Assembly (NCBI RefSeq): GCF_009914755.1
Contig: NC_060929.1
Direction: 5' to 3' (one strand)
DNA length: 64,000 nucleotides
DNA from: the human T2T-CHM13v2.0 reference genome, Homo sapiens
Positions within the stretch are counted from its first letter, which is position 1, and each line of letters begins with the position of its first letter. Below, piece by piece: positions 1 through 14,981 of this stretch. Under the pieces are notes generated by a model, which made no database searches, was not told where the DNA came from, and worked only from the letters and a program-made list of their open reading frames with translations. The position numbers were made by a program, and so were the translations under genes.

Positions 1-2992
1 AAATCAGGCTGCAAGCACAGTCATTCTTGCAGACTACAGATCAGCACATATTTATTATTTTAAATGACCAATTAAGAGGAATTGATATTATGTGGCCTGT
101 GAGGAAGTTGCTGGAATCAAGTAACAATCACTCTAAAAAATGCTCAAGTACTACATTAAAGAAACATTTAAGAATGAGTTAACGCTGTTAAACTCACTGA
201 AGCTTGCCTTTCTCTAGTGCCCCGTTTTCCCAGGATCCAACTTTTTCTGGAAAGACCCACGACTATCTCACTAATGCTAGGTAACTAACAGTCCATGCTT
301 TAATTATTTTCTAAGGAAGAAAAAAAAGTGTTTTAATGTTGGATCTCAGTTGTGTTTTAGCTTTTCTTCTTCTTATGCCTCCAATGAAAAAGATAACTTT
401 TTCATGATAGTCTAATCATTACATGATGTTCTGATATTCCTTCCTGTCTTTCAGGTTTTTAAATTATTGTTTAACAAAATTGTTAGATTCACTGTGATCT
501 TTTATTTAAGTATATTTTACAGAAATTGACAATTTCTATATATTTTCTAAGGCATTAGAAGTGAGGTAAAGATTTATTAGAGCTTATTAAAAGCAGTTTC
601 CTTTTAAACTTTTAAAGAAATGAATGTTACCACTCCTATTTTTGAAATCAATTTTTGATCAGTTCCCCTTTGTGTATATAAATGCTATATCTAGACACAC
701 AAATCTTACACCAATGTTTGCTGATGTACAAAATGTAAAATTTCCCTAAGCTTGAAATCTGGCTTTAAAGCTATCTCCATCCTGAACAGGTACAATATTT
801 AGGGCAACAGCTGGCACTTCAGTTGCTCATGGGGGGAAACTCCCTCTGTTCTCTATACTGTGCCAGAAAATAGGATACCCAGCTATCTAACAAGCCAAAC
901 ACATGTTAGTAAAGTCTGTGATACAAGTTACTTTAAAAATTAGTCCTTCAGTCTTTACACCTCCAGCTCTAATTCACTGAACAGGAATGCCTTTAGAAAA
1001 GCAGATGATCAATTATGGTAATTCCTTTTTTATAGTAGCTGATGTGCAGAGTGTTGCATTCTGCCAAGTTCTGGGATATTTGGTAGCATTCTGACTTTTT
1101 TCCACTCAAATTATTTCACTCAGACTTATCCAACTTATCACGACTATCTTCCCTGGGCTACTGATTTCTGATCTTTCTTTTTTATCCTTCATGATATAAC
1201 CTTGCAGTTATTGTTGATTATTCTTTGTCTGGGTTTAATATCTTCATTTAAATCTTAAAATCACAGAGCCAAAGTCAGAAAGTGTGTTTTTAAATTTTCA
1301 CCCTCATAAATAGATTTAAGACCTAATAATATCATACATTTCAGCTATCATTTACTAGCTTCTGAAACTTCATCTCCCATTCCGTCTTATAATTTTCTAA
1401 TTTTCTCCTTCACTGGTCTCATTCCCCCAATCCCTCTGTTCTGGAAAAACTTCAAGAGTTATGTTTAGCAGCTCTAGCTATGTCTGAACATTTCTCTTTG
1501 CAATTCAAATAATCATCTTAGGCTGATTTTAACAGCCTTCTTTACTCCATTCCATCTTTTACCCTTGCTGCGTAATGTTTACTGATGAATGTCTTTCTCC
1601 CATTTATTTCTTAACAGCTCTAAGTGGTCTAGTTACTGCACGGGAAGCCTAAAGGTTTGAGCACTAAGTATACATTTCTCTTGGCTATTTTCCACACCTC
1701 TAAACATTCTCTTAAATGCAATGGGGCTTGTGTTTCAATGGTAACAGAAGTTATCAGAGAACACTAGTTTAGACAGCAAGCAAGCCGAACTCCAACTGTT
1801 CAAACAGCCTGACTTTTACAGTAAAAGGAAAGGCCCTGGGCCAAGACCACTGAGATGAGCAGGTATTTTTAGTTCACTTGTAGGCCAGCTCTAATGTAAT
1901 TCTGAAATGTTTTCTTCAAACCAAACCCGACTTTTTCAGGGCTGTCCAAATCTGTTTTCTTTTATAGCAAGTACAAATTCTTGGAGCAAGGGAAGCATGC
2001 GTATCATTTGCAATGCTGCTGCATGTCTATGGTGTTGATGCCCGATGGCTCAAATTAGTCCGCAAAACAGATGAGCGCATTGTAATTAGCTCTTGTCAAA
2101 CTGTTAGAAATACAAAAACCAATTCCACTGTAATAAAAATTATGAAAAAGAAAAATCTCTCCTATCATTTTCAGCCAAAATAGTTCCTGAAATGTCTGTA
2201 GTTTAGGATTCCAGAGTTCTAAAAGAAGGCCATTTCATTTTCAGAAAAGCTTTCACTTCATTGACATGGAGATGCCGAGATGTATTATCTTTCAGGCATT
2301 TTTCTCATTGTAGCTGATTGCCCATAAAGCCCTGTTTCTAAAAATGACCTGTCAGGAGTGGACATATTTTGTTGAGCCACACGGTACTGATGTACAATTC
2401 TCAAGAAACATTTATACTTCTTTGAGTACTGTTTTAAAGAAAATTTTCTGAAGTTTTTAAAATCAATGATTTACTGTGATCAATTTTCCAGAATAATTGA
2501 ATATTGCATTCTATTTAAACAAAAGGGGATATTAAGCAGGCATTAATCGTAGGTTCAGATGTGATGTCACACTCTCACATGATGATCCTCAGTTTCTTGT
2601 TCACAATTTACTTGAATATTCATTGTTGGGACACTGACTCTAAAGACTACTTTGCTCAATCTTTTAAATTATTCACAAGCTTCAGGAAGGTTTCAGATCT
2701 CTCTGAAATTTAATGTCCTCTCAAGGAAAAATGTGAGCTATTGGTAGATGGCTATTGTAAAAAGCAAGTGTAAACATGAACCAAAAGGTGGTGCTGTTTG
2801 TGATTAGGTCAGGGATACGAAAAAAAAAAAAAACCCAAAAAACTAAAACTAAAACAAAACAAAAAAAAAACCCTTCTACATGTCTTCTGAACTTTTCCAA
2901 AGGTAAATTCAGGTGTATTTGTGGGAATGAGCACAATAACGTAAAATGAAACTATCTTTAAAAGTAATAAAATTACTATATACAGAAAATTC

Positions 2993-3150
2993 AGGTGAAC
3001 ACCTGTAGTCTTAGCTACTTAGGAGGCTGAGGTAGGTGATCGCTTAGCCCAGGAGTTCAAAACTGCAGTGCACTGTGATTGAGCCTGTGAATAGCCATAG
3101 CACTCCAGCCTGAGCAACACAGTGAGACCTTGCCTCTTAAAAAAAAAAAA
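2993..3150 (+). mobile_element. FAM / 7SL-derived Alu monomer
   Basis: A single Alu-like arm that keeps the 7SL-type segment gcctgtgaatagcca...cactccagcctg, followed by an A-tail. Confidence 0.75.
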
Positions 3151-3154
3151 GGTG

Positions 3155-3259
3155 ATACAAAATGGATCATAGAACTAAAACCATAAAACCTCTAGAAGAA
3201 AATATTTGTGGCCTTGGGGTAAGCAAGGTATTTATTCACAGACACAACACCAAAAGCAT

Positions 3260-3290
<31 letters not shown>

Positions 3291-4535
3291 AAATGTCTGT
3301 GTGTGTGCGTGCGTGTATATATAATGTATATTTAAAAATTTGGCCTCATTAAAGTTAAAAACATTTGTGCTCCAAAAGACACCATTAAGAAAATGAAAAG
3401 ATAAGCCACACATCGAGAGAAAATAATTGCAAATAATATATCTGATTAAGGACTTGTATTCAGAGTATGTAGAGTACTTAATACGAAGACAAAAACCCCG
3501 TTTAAACAATGGGAAAAAGATTTAAGTAGACATTTCACCAAATAAAACATCTGAATGTCAAATAAGCACATGAAAAGATGTTCAAAATCATTAGTTACTA
3601 GGGAAACGTAAATTAAACCACAATGGGATACCACTTCACACCCACTAGAGTGGCTGTAATCAGGACAGAAAGCACTAAATGTTGGTGAAGACACAGAGAA
3701 ACCAGAACCCTCGTATGTCATTGGTAGGAATGTAAAATGGTAAGCCTACTTTGGAAAACAGATTGTTAGTTTCTTAAAAATGTAAACATACATTTACCAC
3801 ATTAACCAATAATTCTACTCCTATCAAAGAAAAATGAAAACATATGCCTACATAAAGATACATACACGGATGTGCATTGCAGCATTATTCATGTTATTCC
3901 CTAAATAGAAACAATCCAAATGTTTATCATCTAGTAAATTGATAATCAAAATGTGCTATATCCAAGGAATACTATTCAGTAATAAAAAGAAGATACCTGT
4001 AATCCCAGTACTTTGGATGGTGGATCACTTGAGTCCAGGAGTTTAAGACCAGCCTGGGCAACATAGTGAGACCTTGTCTCTACAACAAAATTTTAAAAAT
4101 TAGCTGGGAGGGGTGGCGCACACCTGTCACTTGAGTTTGGAGGTCAAGTCTGCAGTGAGCCATAATTATATCACTGCATTCCAGCCTGGGCAACAGAGCA
4201 AGATCCTGTCTCAAAAAAATAAAAATAAAAGAAGACACTACTGACACATTCTACATCATGAACTCAAAATCACCACACTAAGTGAAAGAAGTCAGATGTA
4301 AAGGACATAGTGTATGATTCCATTTATATGAAAAGTTCAAAAAACGCAAATCCCTAGAGACAGAAAACACATTAGTGGTTTCCAGGAGCTGGAGGTGGGA
4401 ATGGAGAGGACTGTATCAGTCATGAAGGATCCTCTGAGGTGATGGTTGTACAACTCTGGAAATTTACTAAAAACCAGTGAATTCTGTACTCAAAATGGGT
4501 GAATGTTATGACATATAAATTATATTTCAGTAAAA
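3155..4535 (+). mobile_element. Old L1M (L1MB/L1ME-type) ORF2 3' end and 3' UTR, interrupted by (CT)n and an AluJ
   Basis: L1 motifs aaccacaatgggataccacttcacacccactag, gcagcattattcatg and 3' UTR aaaatgggtgaatgttatg...aaattata. Confidence 0.8.
3996..4230 (+). mobile_element. AluJ, internally deleted
   Basis: cctgtaatcccag...gatcacttgagtccaggagtttaagaccagcctgggcaacatagtgagacc, A-tail, and an AAAAGAAGA duplication on both flanks. Confidence 0.85.
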
Positions 4536-7484
4536 CAAAATTTCACCTGTTCTTTATATTTCATTTAAAATAAAAAGTGCTAAAAATAAATACACAATAC
4601 ACAAATAAATAAATAAAAAGTGCTAAACTTTTGTGGGGGTAAATTCCAATACAAATAACTGAGAGAAACTAGGCTGAGAAAGTTAATGGTAAGGAACCTT
4701 GGGTGTATCTTGCCAACACTTCCAAAATATTTTAAAATGCTAGTCGATGACACTATCCACATGATGATTCTTTGGACAGTTGGTCCTCATTTGAGTTCAG
4801 AGAAGTTTCACTAAAGCCACTATAAAATAGCTAAAGCAAATATCAACATCAATCTTTGCTAATTATAACTGGAAAAGCAGGGTCCTAGAGGCAGGTGATG
4901 GAAAGTGGCAATATAATGCTACCACCATAAGGTGAGGCTATCACGCAACTATAATAGTTCTAAATTCCTATGAAAAATATAATCAGTTAAAATTTTTTGA
5001 ACTCCTTACTTTCTAAATAAGAAATGGCTGAGAATATGAAAAAAATGCCAAGGAAAACTCAGTGAGAGAAGACATGGAAAGAAATAGAAAAGGACAGCTT
5101 AGCCCAACATGCAGAAAGAAAAAAAAAAGTTAAAAGAAAACAAAAACAAACCTTGGCACAGGAGAATGAGGATAGTGTATTCAAAGTCATCTTCTCTGCC
5201 CTGAAGAAAGCACTACTGGATAAATATGACAATGTTTCCTTATTTTGTAATCTTGGGTGAGGAACTCTTTTAATTTGGGCCTAGAGTCTTAGGTTTTCAT
5301 TTGCATTCCTCAGTGATGTCTGTCGCCAAGTTACCTATAGTACCACCTATCAGGAAATAAAACTCCTTAGCCCCACATTCGTCTACGGGAAATACAGCAG
5401 GAATACATGTTATGAGGGATTTGTTTTATTTTTCCGGTCAGCAACAGTCAGTGCCTCCCTTAGGTTGGTTGGGTTTGTTTTTCTCAATATATTACATCAA
5501 GAAAATAGAAACGAAAACTGCTGAACACAGCAGGACAAGTGAAATACACCTGAAAACCACTTCCAACTGTTTTTATGCCAGCACTTCCAAAATTCTAGGA
5601 TAACCCCATATCTTCCTATACTGCTACAAAACATTTCTTAATATTTTTCATGATAAAGCTTAATACATGTGTTTGTTAGCTAAGTTATATAATATCAAGC
5701 ATGGAAAAGCAGGTGGGCCCTGGCAGATTTCCCCTTCTTTCTACAGCCAATTTCTCTATCTATCAATTGCTGCAATCTAAACTGCCTCCCTGTTCTACTG
5801 TCAGCTTTTCTGGAGCTATTCTATCTCCCAGGGAGACAGGTGTGGCTTTGTTCTCTAAGTGCATGACACTGGGCGAATCCAGCTCCCCTTTCACTAGTTC
5901 AGTTATGGCAACATTGCACTTCTTTCATTTATGTCTTTGCCTTTCAGATATGTTTGACCACACTCCTGTCCAGAAGTGTTCACCACATTTCTCGCTCTAA
6001 TAAAGACATCCGCTCAGTGGCAACTCTGGATTCAGGGTTTACTAGTGTAATAAAGAGGCAGCAATGTGTTTCCTCTTTTCTAGCTTTAGATCAGTCTTGA
6101 GGAGGCATACAATAGTGTACAGCTTTTAAATACCAGTTAGAAAAGAACACTGGCTCAAGACCGTCTGGGTCTTGGTCTCATTGTCAATTAGAGCAATGGT
6201 AAATGGAATGGAGCTGGTGTCAAAGAGAGGGCAATATGCGACCTAAAAGCAAAACACACGTCATACCATCTATCATGAAATGCTCTGGGTTGTCTGCATA
6301 GCTTTGTTTTCCTCTCCTTTATGTCTAGTTTATGCAAAATGGAGGGTAACTGGCATACAGATGGGGAGGAAAAGCCTAAAAAGGAAAACAAGAAAAGGTA
6401 AAGTAGGAAGGGCTGAATAATGCTAAGACTTCTCCCATAAAAGAAGTAAGCTTTTTTTAATTGAGAAATTTTGTGGATAATGACAGCCCTAAATCAGCTG
6501 AAATGTTTTAGTGTTCAAGGTAAAATACGTATGTATAAATATGTTTGCCAAGTGTATACATGGATATAACATCTTTGTGTATATGGATACAACATTAGAT
6601 GTGTGTATATAAATTTATATCATGTGTATATTTATCTGTACTTTTATTCATCCCATGGGAAGTGTGTATCCATAAATATTAAGTAATTATGTGTTGGCCC
6701 CTCTCCCTCAACTATAAAATTAAAATATCAATTCAATTATACTATGAAAATTCATTAAATGCTGTTAATGTTTATCTCACTTCTAAGAAATAATTTTACA
6801 TGAATTAATATAGTACTGTTAATATATTTAAGGATTTTTATTATTTTGAAACCTAAATAGGAATTAAATATGAAGCTGGATTTAAATAATTTAATTAAAT
6901 AAAATTATTACCATGAAAGAATAATTATAACTAAGCATTTCTATGCCCCAGAGGATCATTTAACTTTTTTCCCCTTTATCAACTTCAATTATATGTTTTT
7001 ATTTTTATTCCCATATTGCAGATAGAAAAATTGAGTTTAGGGTAAGGCAAACATTTTCTATCATGTGCCATAGCAATCATTTTTAATCTCTACTTCACAA
7101 TCTTATTTCCAAAAATAAGGTGGTAAAATTTGACAGGATTTTAAACAATTTTTGTAGCCTCTCTTCAAGATTGTATGAAAAAATTCTAAATATATAAAGA
7201 TTATTGAATATAAATGAGTATACTTAAGGGTATTATTTTATTAATGTACTCTAAAAATTTCTCCTTGTCCATTAAAAAATGTTATTTTCTTCTTCTTACT
7301 TCCTCCCCATTTTAAGATCCATTTTAGACTGTGTTAGAGATAAAAGGTGTCAAAGATAAGAAATGCTCTTGATAACAGGTACTGAAAACCTGTAACAGAG
7401 AAGCCCTATGTCTTGTTGAAAATCTCTTATCATCTCAAACCTTCAAGACTCACCCAGTGTTTTGGCACAGCTAAACTGTGTCTG

Positions 7485-7813
<329 letters not shown>

Positions 7814-8189
7814 TTACTATGCAGAAGGAGTTGAAACTTGCTACCTCTTAACCTTTGAACTCCACCATCTTTTTGACAATTACAAGGGTCTCAGTTCCCT
7901 GAAGCACTGATTACTATAAAAAGTACAGTGCTGGTTTCTGAGGGATTTTTCCTATTGTCTTATTGTTTCTTTTGTTACACTTCAACCTCAATTCTAGGTA
8001 TATTGTAGTTGTACTAATCAGACTTAATCTGCAATACAAGTAAGTTATTATGGGGAAGGCAGCATGTTTTACCAAAGATCGTGGATCGATTTGTATTTAT
8101 ACATATTTCCTCTTCTCATCTGAACCATTATTGGTTTACATATATGATTTTGGCCCTTTTTAGGAACTGTTGGCCGATCCATCATCTCT

Positions 8190-8620
8190 TACGATTGGGC
8201 TCTCTTGTTCTTCTGTTCAGCACTCTGATTTTCCTTGGGGAAACCCTCCCCCACTTTTAGTTGATGGTTTCTGGTGGTGCCGGTTCCACCCCTGGCTCTG
8301 CGTGGTGGACATTTGACCCAGACCTGGTCAAAAAGAGTATCAGCTGCTCCTGGTTATACTAATCGGTTCAAGGATGGGCAAATCAGAACAGTGAGACTCA
8401 ACTGTGGGTCTTTGGGATTACAGCAAAAAAGAATCTTTTTTCCCCTGAACAAAAGCTAGAAGAAGGTAAACCTGAAGATATTTATGGCCACTTACGGGAA
8501 ATCCTGTCTAAGATGAATGCTAACGCAGAGGAAAACCAAGCCAAGATATGGCAAGAAACTAAGGTCTGATTGAATTATTTTAGCCCCTGAAGCAGACATG
8601 TCTGAAAGTATGATTTGGCC
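8190..8620. mobile_element. Degenerate MLT1 (ERVL-MaLR) LTR
   Basis: ggtggacatttgacccagacctggtcaa...atcagaacagtgagactc and gccctgaagcagac resemble MLT1K/L motifs. Confidence 0.5.
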
Positions 8621-9420
8621 TTCCACAGATACACATACAAAAGTAAGTAAAAAGGACCATTTAAACATCTTGGTGTAATTCTTACAGATTTTGAAAAATT
8701 TTAAATTCATCCATCACACCTGGCCCCCATCAGACATAATTAGAATCTCTGGCAGTAGGGCCTGGAATCTGCATTTTTAGTTATTCCCTGAGTGTTTCAG
8801 GTGATCAGCTAATTTAAAGACCCATTATGAGTTATTGACTAAAAATTCTCACTCTTCTCGAACACCATCAACAGGCCATATGGAGTTTACATACTGCGCT
8901 AGAGGCTTCCTAGAGAGTAGACTATAAAATAGATAAAGTAGGTTAAGGGCTACAATTACTCTCCTTCTGATAGCTGTGATGGCTCTACCCTTTCTCTTCT
9001 ACAGTCAGGAAAGAGAAGAGACTGCAACCATGTGGTAGAAACTTTAATGAAGGAAGGTCTTCTTTCTTCTTCTCAATGGCCTCCTGGTAAATTAAAACTG
9101 TCTCTAATCCAATCTGTGTTCCGGCAAGTGTGAGACTTACCTTCCTGCTACCTGTTTGACTAGGATGGTCAGACGGAATGACTGGATAAAATTTAATTTG
9201 AAAGAGAACACCCAAGATCTTACCAAATTCAATTTTTCTCATCATCTTAGAAAATTCAGATAACCTACATGGGAGGAACTGAATTTGACTGTTAGGTCTT
9301 AGAATTTAGAACAAGGGGTTATTTTAGTGTCATAATTTCCTAGGGTGTAAATGCAGTGAGTGGGGGTGTAGATTTCCAAATCTCAGTTGACTTGGTTGGT
9401 TTCTTTACCCAGTTACATAA

Positions 9421-10083
<663 letters not shown>

Positions 10084-11254
10084 TGATAATTCACCAGTCA
10101 ACCATCTCAGGCCAAAATTTTACCTAACAGCAGGAGGATTGTAGGCACAATATTTTACCATTGACTCCTGCAGCTTTTAGGAAAATTGGCCACAAACAAT
10201 ACGTTTTCAGATAGTTCATTCTGGAACTTTTCAAGATGGGCAGAAATTCATTATAGATAAGTTGCACGAAGTCCTCTGGGCATCCAATGATTAATGATCC
10301 TATAGAACCTGTCCTTCTGTGTTATCTTGAATTGGGTTTTGTGGAAAAGTTGTCTTGATGGACAAGAATTTTCAGTGAGATAAAACCAGATGTGTTCTAC
10401 CCTCTTTTACACCATGTGGCAACTTCTTTTTAACTTGTACCTTGATGACTTGTCACTTTTGACTGACTGGATGCAAAGCAAAAGGAAACAACAGAAAAAG
10501 TGTTTCCTAACATATTGATGTCATGGCTTTATTGTCACAAAATAGGTGTGAGCTTAAAAAACAAATATCTGACTATTTAATCAGTATTAAAAAATAGCTC
10601 GAGATTAATCATTCTAAAACCCAAATGATTATTTTTGGCAGATGCTCTGAAGCACTCAAGTTAGTTACAGTTAACCACTCTGAACAGGATCTTATCACCA
10701 AAGCATAGCAAGTTTTGGCGAAGGACTCACAGGAAGTTATAAGGTTAGCTGTTCAATGGTTGCTCTAATGGGACCTTCTTTATGCCTATGGTAGTGGGAG
10801 TTTCATAACACCTTCTTTAACATTTTTTGCAGGCTAAAATAATCACAGTCATGCTCTTTGGCATAGAATTTTGAGGTTTGTGAGAAAAAATCTTGTCCCA
10901 TTCTCAGCCCATGTCCATGTGGAGGCGAGGTGGCATTTTACAGATTTATGTTTTGGTTAGACTTCTCAACTTTTAAAAGAGTTGTCAACTATATTCCCAT
11001 CTCAGCTGAGGCTTAAAGCATGGTCTGTCCCTAATTGGCAACAGAATATTTGCACTCCAAGTACTTGTCAAAAGAGGATAACGCTGAACGCTTGCTGCCC
11101 AGTGCCTATCAAAAATCAGTTGTGAGAAATTGTATTTATGGAAGGTTGCCTGAAGGACATACATTCCTTTTTAGATCTTCTAAATTGTATTTTTGGATTT
11201 AGCCAAACCATTTGAGAGTAACATACTTAAACCCCATAGCTATGTTACCTCAAT

Positions 11255-11480
11255 AGTTATTGTGTCCCTGTGCCTAGCACTGAGATAGGCGCTTTTCATA
11301 CTTGAGTAATAATCTTTAAAATAACCATGCAAGGTAGGGGTTAATATCTCTTTTCCAGATCAGGAAACACTCCCAGCACTGTCAAATAGCTTGCTCAAGG
11401 CCACCCAGCAAGTAAATGGCATTTTACACAATTCAAACCAAGTCTATCTGGCTCCAAATTTCATCGTCTGTATATAGTGC
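11255..11480 (-). mobile_element. MIR SINE
   Basis: tgtgcctagcactg...ttttccagatcaggaaacac...ttgctcaaggccacccagcaagtaaatggc matches the reverse-complement MIR core. Confidence 0.7.
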
Positions 11481-11979
11481 TAGAGTTGCTTTGACGGAAC
11501 TGCATTTTGGTGTTGCAGCAGCAGCCTCTACTGAGGGAAGTTAAATGAAAGAATTCTGTGAAACACAAAACTGTATTTAACTCTGGAGATTTTGTTCACA
11601 TTATACAGTGTCAGCTTTATAAAGGCTCTTGAATAAGAGCTTTTGCGGTCTTAGTACTGGAAATAGTTGGGCTTACACTGAGCAACTAATGGGCTTAAAA
11701 TAGAAATATCAAGAAAATTGTGAATCATGTATCTGATAGGGTTTCCCTTCATCGACCTTCTGGGAAACACAGATTCGACATTTTGATCTTCCCCTGTCTA
11801 GTACTTGAGCTCTGCATTTTATGTGCCACCTTCAGCACTAGAATTAACGTATTTTTTCCTCCTGTTCTCTAACCATCAGTGTGATTCCTTTATTTAGACA
11901 TGCAATTTGTAATATTGTATGTATATTTGTAATATATTTCCATTACTTCCATATTTTCCCAGTACAAATAAAAAGCCTA

Positions 11980-12361
11980 CACTTATTAAGCATTTAGTAT
12001 GTTTCAGAAACTGTGCTAAATGGCATTATACTATACAGTTGTCCCTTGGTATACACCAGAGATTGGTTCCAGGACCACCCTCTGATACAAAAACCTATAC
12101 ACACTCAAGTCCTGCAATTGGCCCTGAGGAAACCAGGTACATAAAAAAATTGGCCCATCCTATATGTGGGCCTCACATCCCCTGGATACTGTATTTTCTA
12201 TCTGCATTTGATTGAAAAAAATCCATATATAAGTGAACCCTTGCAGTTCAAACTTATGTTGTTTGAGGGTGAGCTGCATTTTCTTTTTAGTAACTGTGAA
12301 TTACGTTATACCATTAGCTTGATTTTACAGATGAGTAGCATGTGGCTCAAAGAGGTTTAAA
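11980..12361 (-). mobile_element. MIR, left part, interrupted by MER2; continues at 19851-19921
   Basis: ttattaagcatttagtatg...ctgtgctaa and attttacagatgagtagcatgtggctcaaagaggttt, resuming as gatcacatagcagagcc...gctcttaatcactatg after the MADE1/L1 block. Confidence 0.7.
12036..12276 (+). mobile_element. MER2-family (TcMar-Tigger) non-autonomous DNA transposon
   Basis: TA|cagttgtcccttggtat...ggttccaggacc at the 5' end and gcagttcaaacttatgttgtttgagggtgagctg at the 3' end. Confidence 0.8.
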
Positions 12362-12363
12362 TA

Positions 12364-12400
12364 TTAGGTTGCTGCAAAAGTAACTGCAGTTTTGCCATTA
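12364..12400. mobile_element. MADE1 (Hsmar1 MITE), left terminal inverted repeat
   Basis: TA|ttaggttgctgcaaaagtaactgcagttttgccatta matches the Hsmar1/MADE1 TIR. Confidence 0.9.
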
Positions 12401-14825
12401 AATTTTTTTTGCATGGTTTTCATATCTGTTAATTAATTTATTTATTATACTTTAAGTTCTGGGATACATGTGCAGAACATGCAGGTTTGTTACATAGGTA
12501 TACATGTTCCATAGCGGTTTGCTCCACCCATCAACCCATCATCTACATTAGGTATTTCTCCTAATACTATCCCTCTCCTTGTCCCCCACCCTCAAACATG
12601 CCCTGGTGTGTGATGTTCCCTCCCTGTGCCCATATGTTCTCATTGTTCAACTCCCACTTATGAGTGAGAACATGCGGTGTTTGGTTTTCTGTTCCTGTGT
12701 TAGTTCGCTGAGAATGATGGTTTCCAACTTCATCCATGTCCCTGCAAAGGGCATGAACTCATTATTTTTTATGGCTGCATAATATTCCATGGTGTATATG
12801 TGCCACATTTTCTTTATCCAGTCTAACATTGATGGGCATTTGGGTTGGTTCTAAGTCTTTGCTATTGTGAATAGTGCTGCAATAAACATACATGTGCATG
12901 TGTTTTTATAGTAGAATGATTTATAATCCTTAGGGTATATACCCAGTAATGAGATTGCTGGGTCAGGTGGTATTTCTAGTTCTAGATCCTTGAGGAATCA
13001 CCACACTGTCTTCCACAACAGTTGAACTAATTTACACTCCCAACAGTGTAAAAGTGTTCTTATTTCTCCACATCCTCTCCAGCATCTGTTGTTTCCTGAA
13101 TTTTTAATGATCGCCATTCTAACTGGCATGAGATGGTATCTCACTGTGGTTTTGATTTGCATTTCTCTGATGACCAGTGATGATGAGCTTTTTTTCATAT
13201 GTTTGTTGGCTGCATAAATGTCTTCTTTTGAAAAGTGTCTGTTCATATCCTTCATCCACTTTTTGATGGGGTTTTTTCTTGTAAATTTGTGTAGGCTTCT
13301 TATAGATTCTGGATATTAGCCCTTTGTCAGATGGATAGATTGCAAACTTTTCTCCCACTCTGTAGGTTGCCTGTTCACTCTGATGATAGATTCTTTTGCT
13401 GTGCAGGAGCTCTATGGTTTAATTAGATTCCATTTGTCAATTTTGGCTTTTGTTGACATTGCTTTTGGTGTTTTAGTCCTGAAGTCTTTGCCCATGCCTG
13501 TGTCCTGAATGGTATTGCCTAGGTTTTCTTCCAGGGTTTTTATGGTTTTAGGTCTTACGTTTAAGTTTTTAATCCATCTCAAGTTAATTTTTGTATAAGG
13601 TGTAAGGAAGGGTCCAGTTTAAGTTTTCAGTATATGGCTAGCCAGTTTTCCCAGCACCATTTATTAAATAGAGAATCCTTTCCCCACTGCTTTTGTCAGG
13701 TTTGCCAAAGATCAGATGGTTGTAAATGTGTGGTGTTATTTCTGAGGACTCTGTTCTGTTCCATTGATCTATATATGTGTTTTGGTACCAGTACCATGCC
13801 ACTTTGGTTACTGTAGCCTTGTAGTATAGTTTGAAGTCAGGTAGCATTATGCATCCGGCTTTGTTCTTTTTGCTTAGGATTGTCTTGGCTATATGGGGTC
13901 TCTTTTGATTTCATATGAAATTTAAAGTAGTTTTTTCTAATTCTGTGAAGAAAGTCAATGGTAGCTTGATGGGAACAACATTGAATCTATAAATCACTTT
14001 GGGCAGTATGGTCATTTTCACAATATTGATTCTTCCTATCCATGAGCATGGAACGTTCTTCCATTTGTTTGTGTTCTCTCTTATTTCCTTGAGCAGTGGT
14101 TTGTAGTTCTCCTTGGGGAGGTCCTTCACATCCCTTGTAAGCTGTATTCCTAGGTATTTGATTCTCTTTGTAGCAATTGTGAATGGGAGTTTGCTCATGA
14201 TTTGGCTCTCTGTTTGTCTATTATTGGTGTATAGGAATGCTTGTGATTTTTGCACATTGATTTTTTATCCTGAGACTTTGCTGAAGTTGCTTATCAGCTA
14301 AAGGAGTTTTTGGGCAGAGACAACGAGGTCTTCTAAATATACAATCATGTCATCTGCAAACAGAAATACTTCGACTTCTTCTCTTCCTATTTGAATACGC
14401 TTTATTTCTCTCTCTTGCCTGATTGCCCTGGCCAGAACTTCCAATACTATGTTGAATAGGAATGGTGAGAGAGGGCATCCTTGTCTTGTGCCGGTTTTCA
14501 AAGGGAATTCTTCCAGCTTTTGCCCATTCAGGATGATATTGGCTGTGGGTTTCTCATAAATAGCTCTTATTATTTTGAGATATGTTGCATCAATACCAGT
14601 TTATTCAATGTTTTTAGCATGAAGGGGTGTTGAATTTTATTGAAGGCCTTTTCTCCATTTATTGAGCTAATCATGTGGTTTTTGTCATTGGTTCTGTTTT
14701 TGTGATGGATTACGTTTATTGATCTGCATATGTTGAACCAGCCTTGCATCCCAGGGATGAAGCTGACTTGGTAGTGGTGGATAAGCTTTTTAATGTGCTG
14801 CTGGATTCGTTTTGCCAGTATTTTA

Positions 14826-14981
<156 letters not shown>

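Noticed and set aside
6552-6610. Imperfect ~22-bp tandem repeat (gtgtata...ggata.aacat)
   Set aside because: Low-complexity TA/TG slippage with only two copies; it is not an array.
9130-9150. AAG|GTAAGT on the - strand as a possible recursive splice site or cryptic donor
   Set aside because: No polypyrimidine tract before the AG and no convincing partner acceptor.
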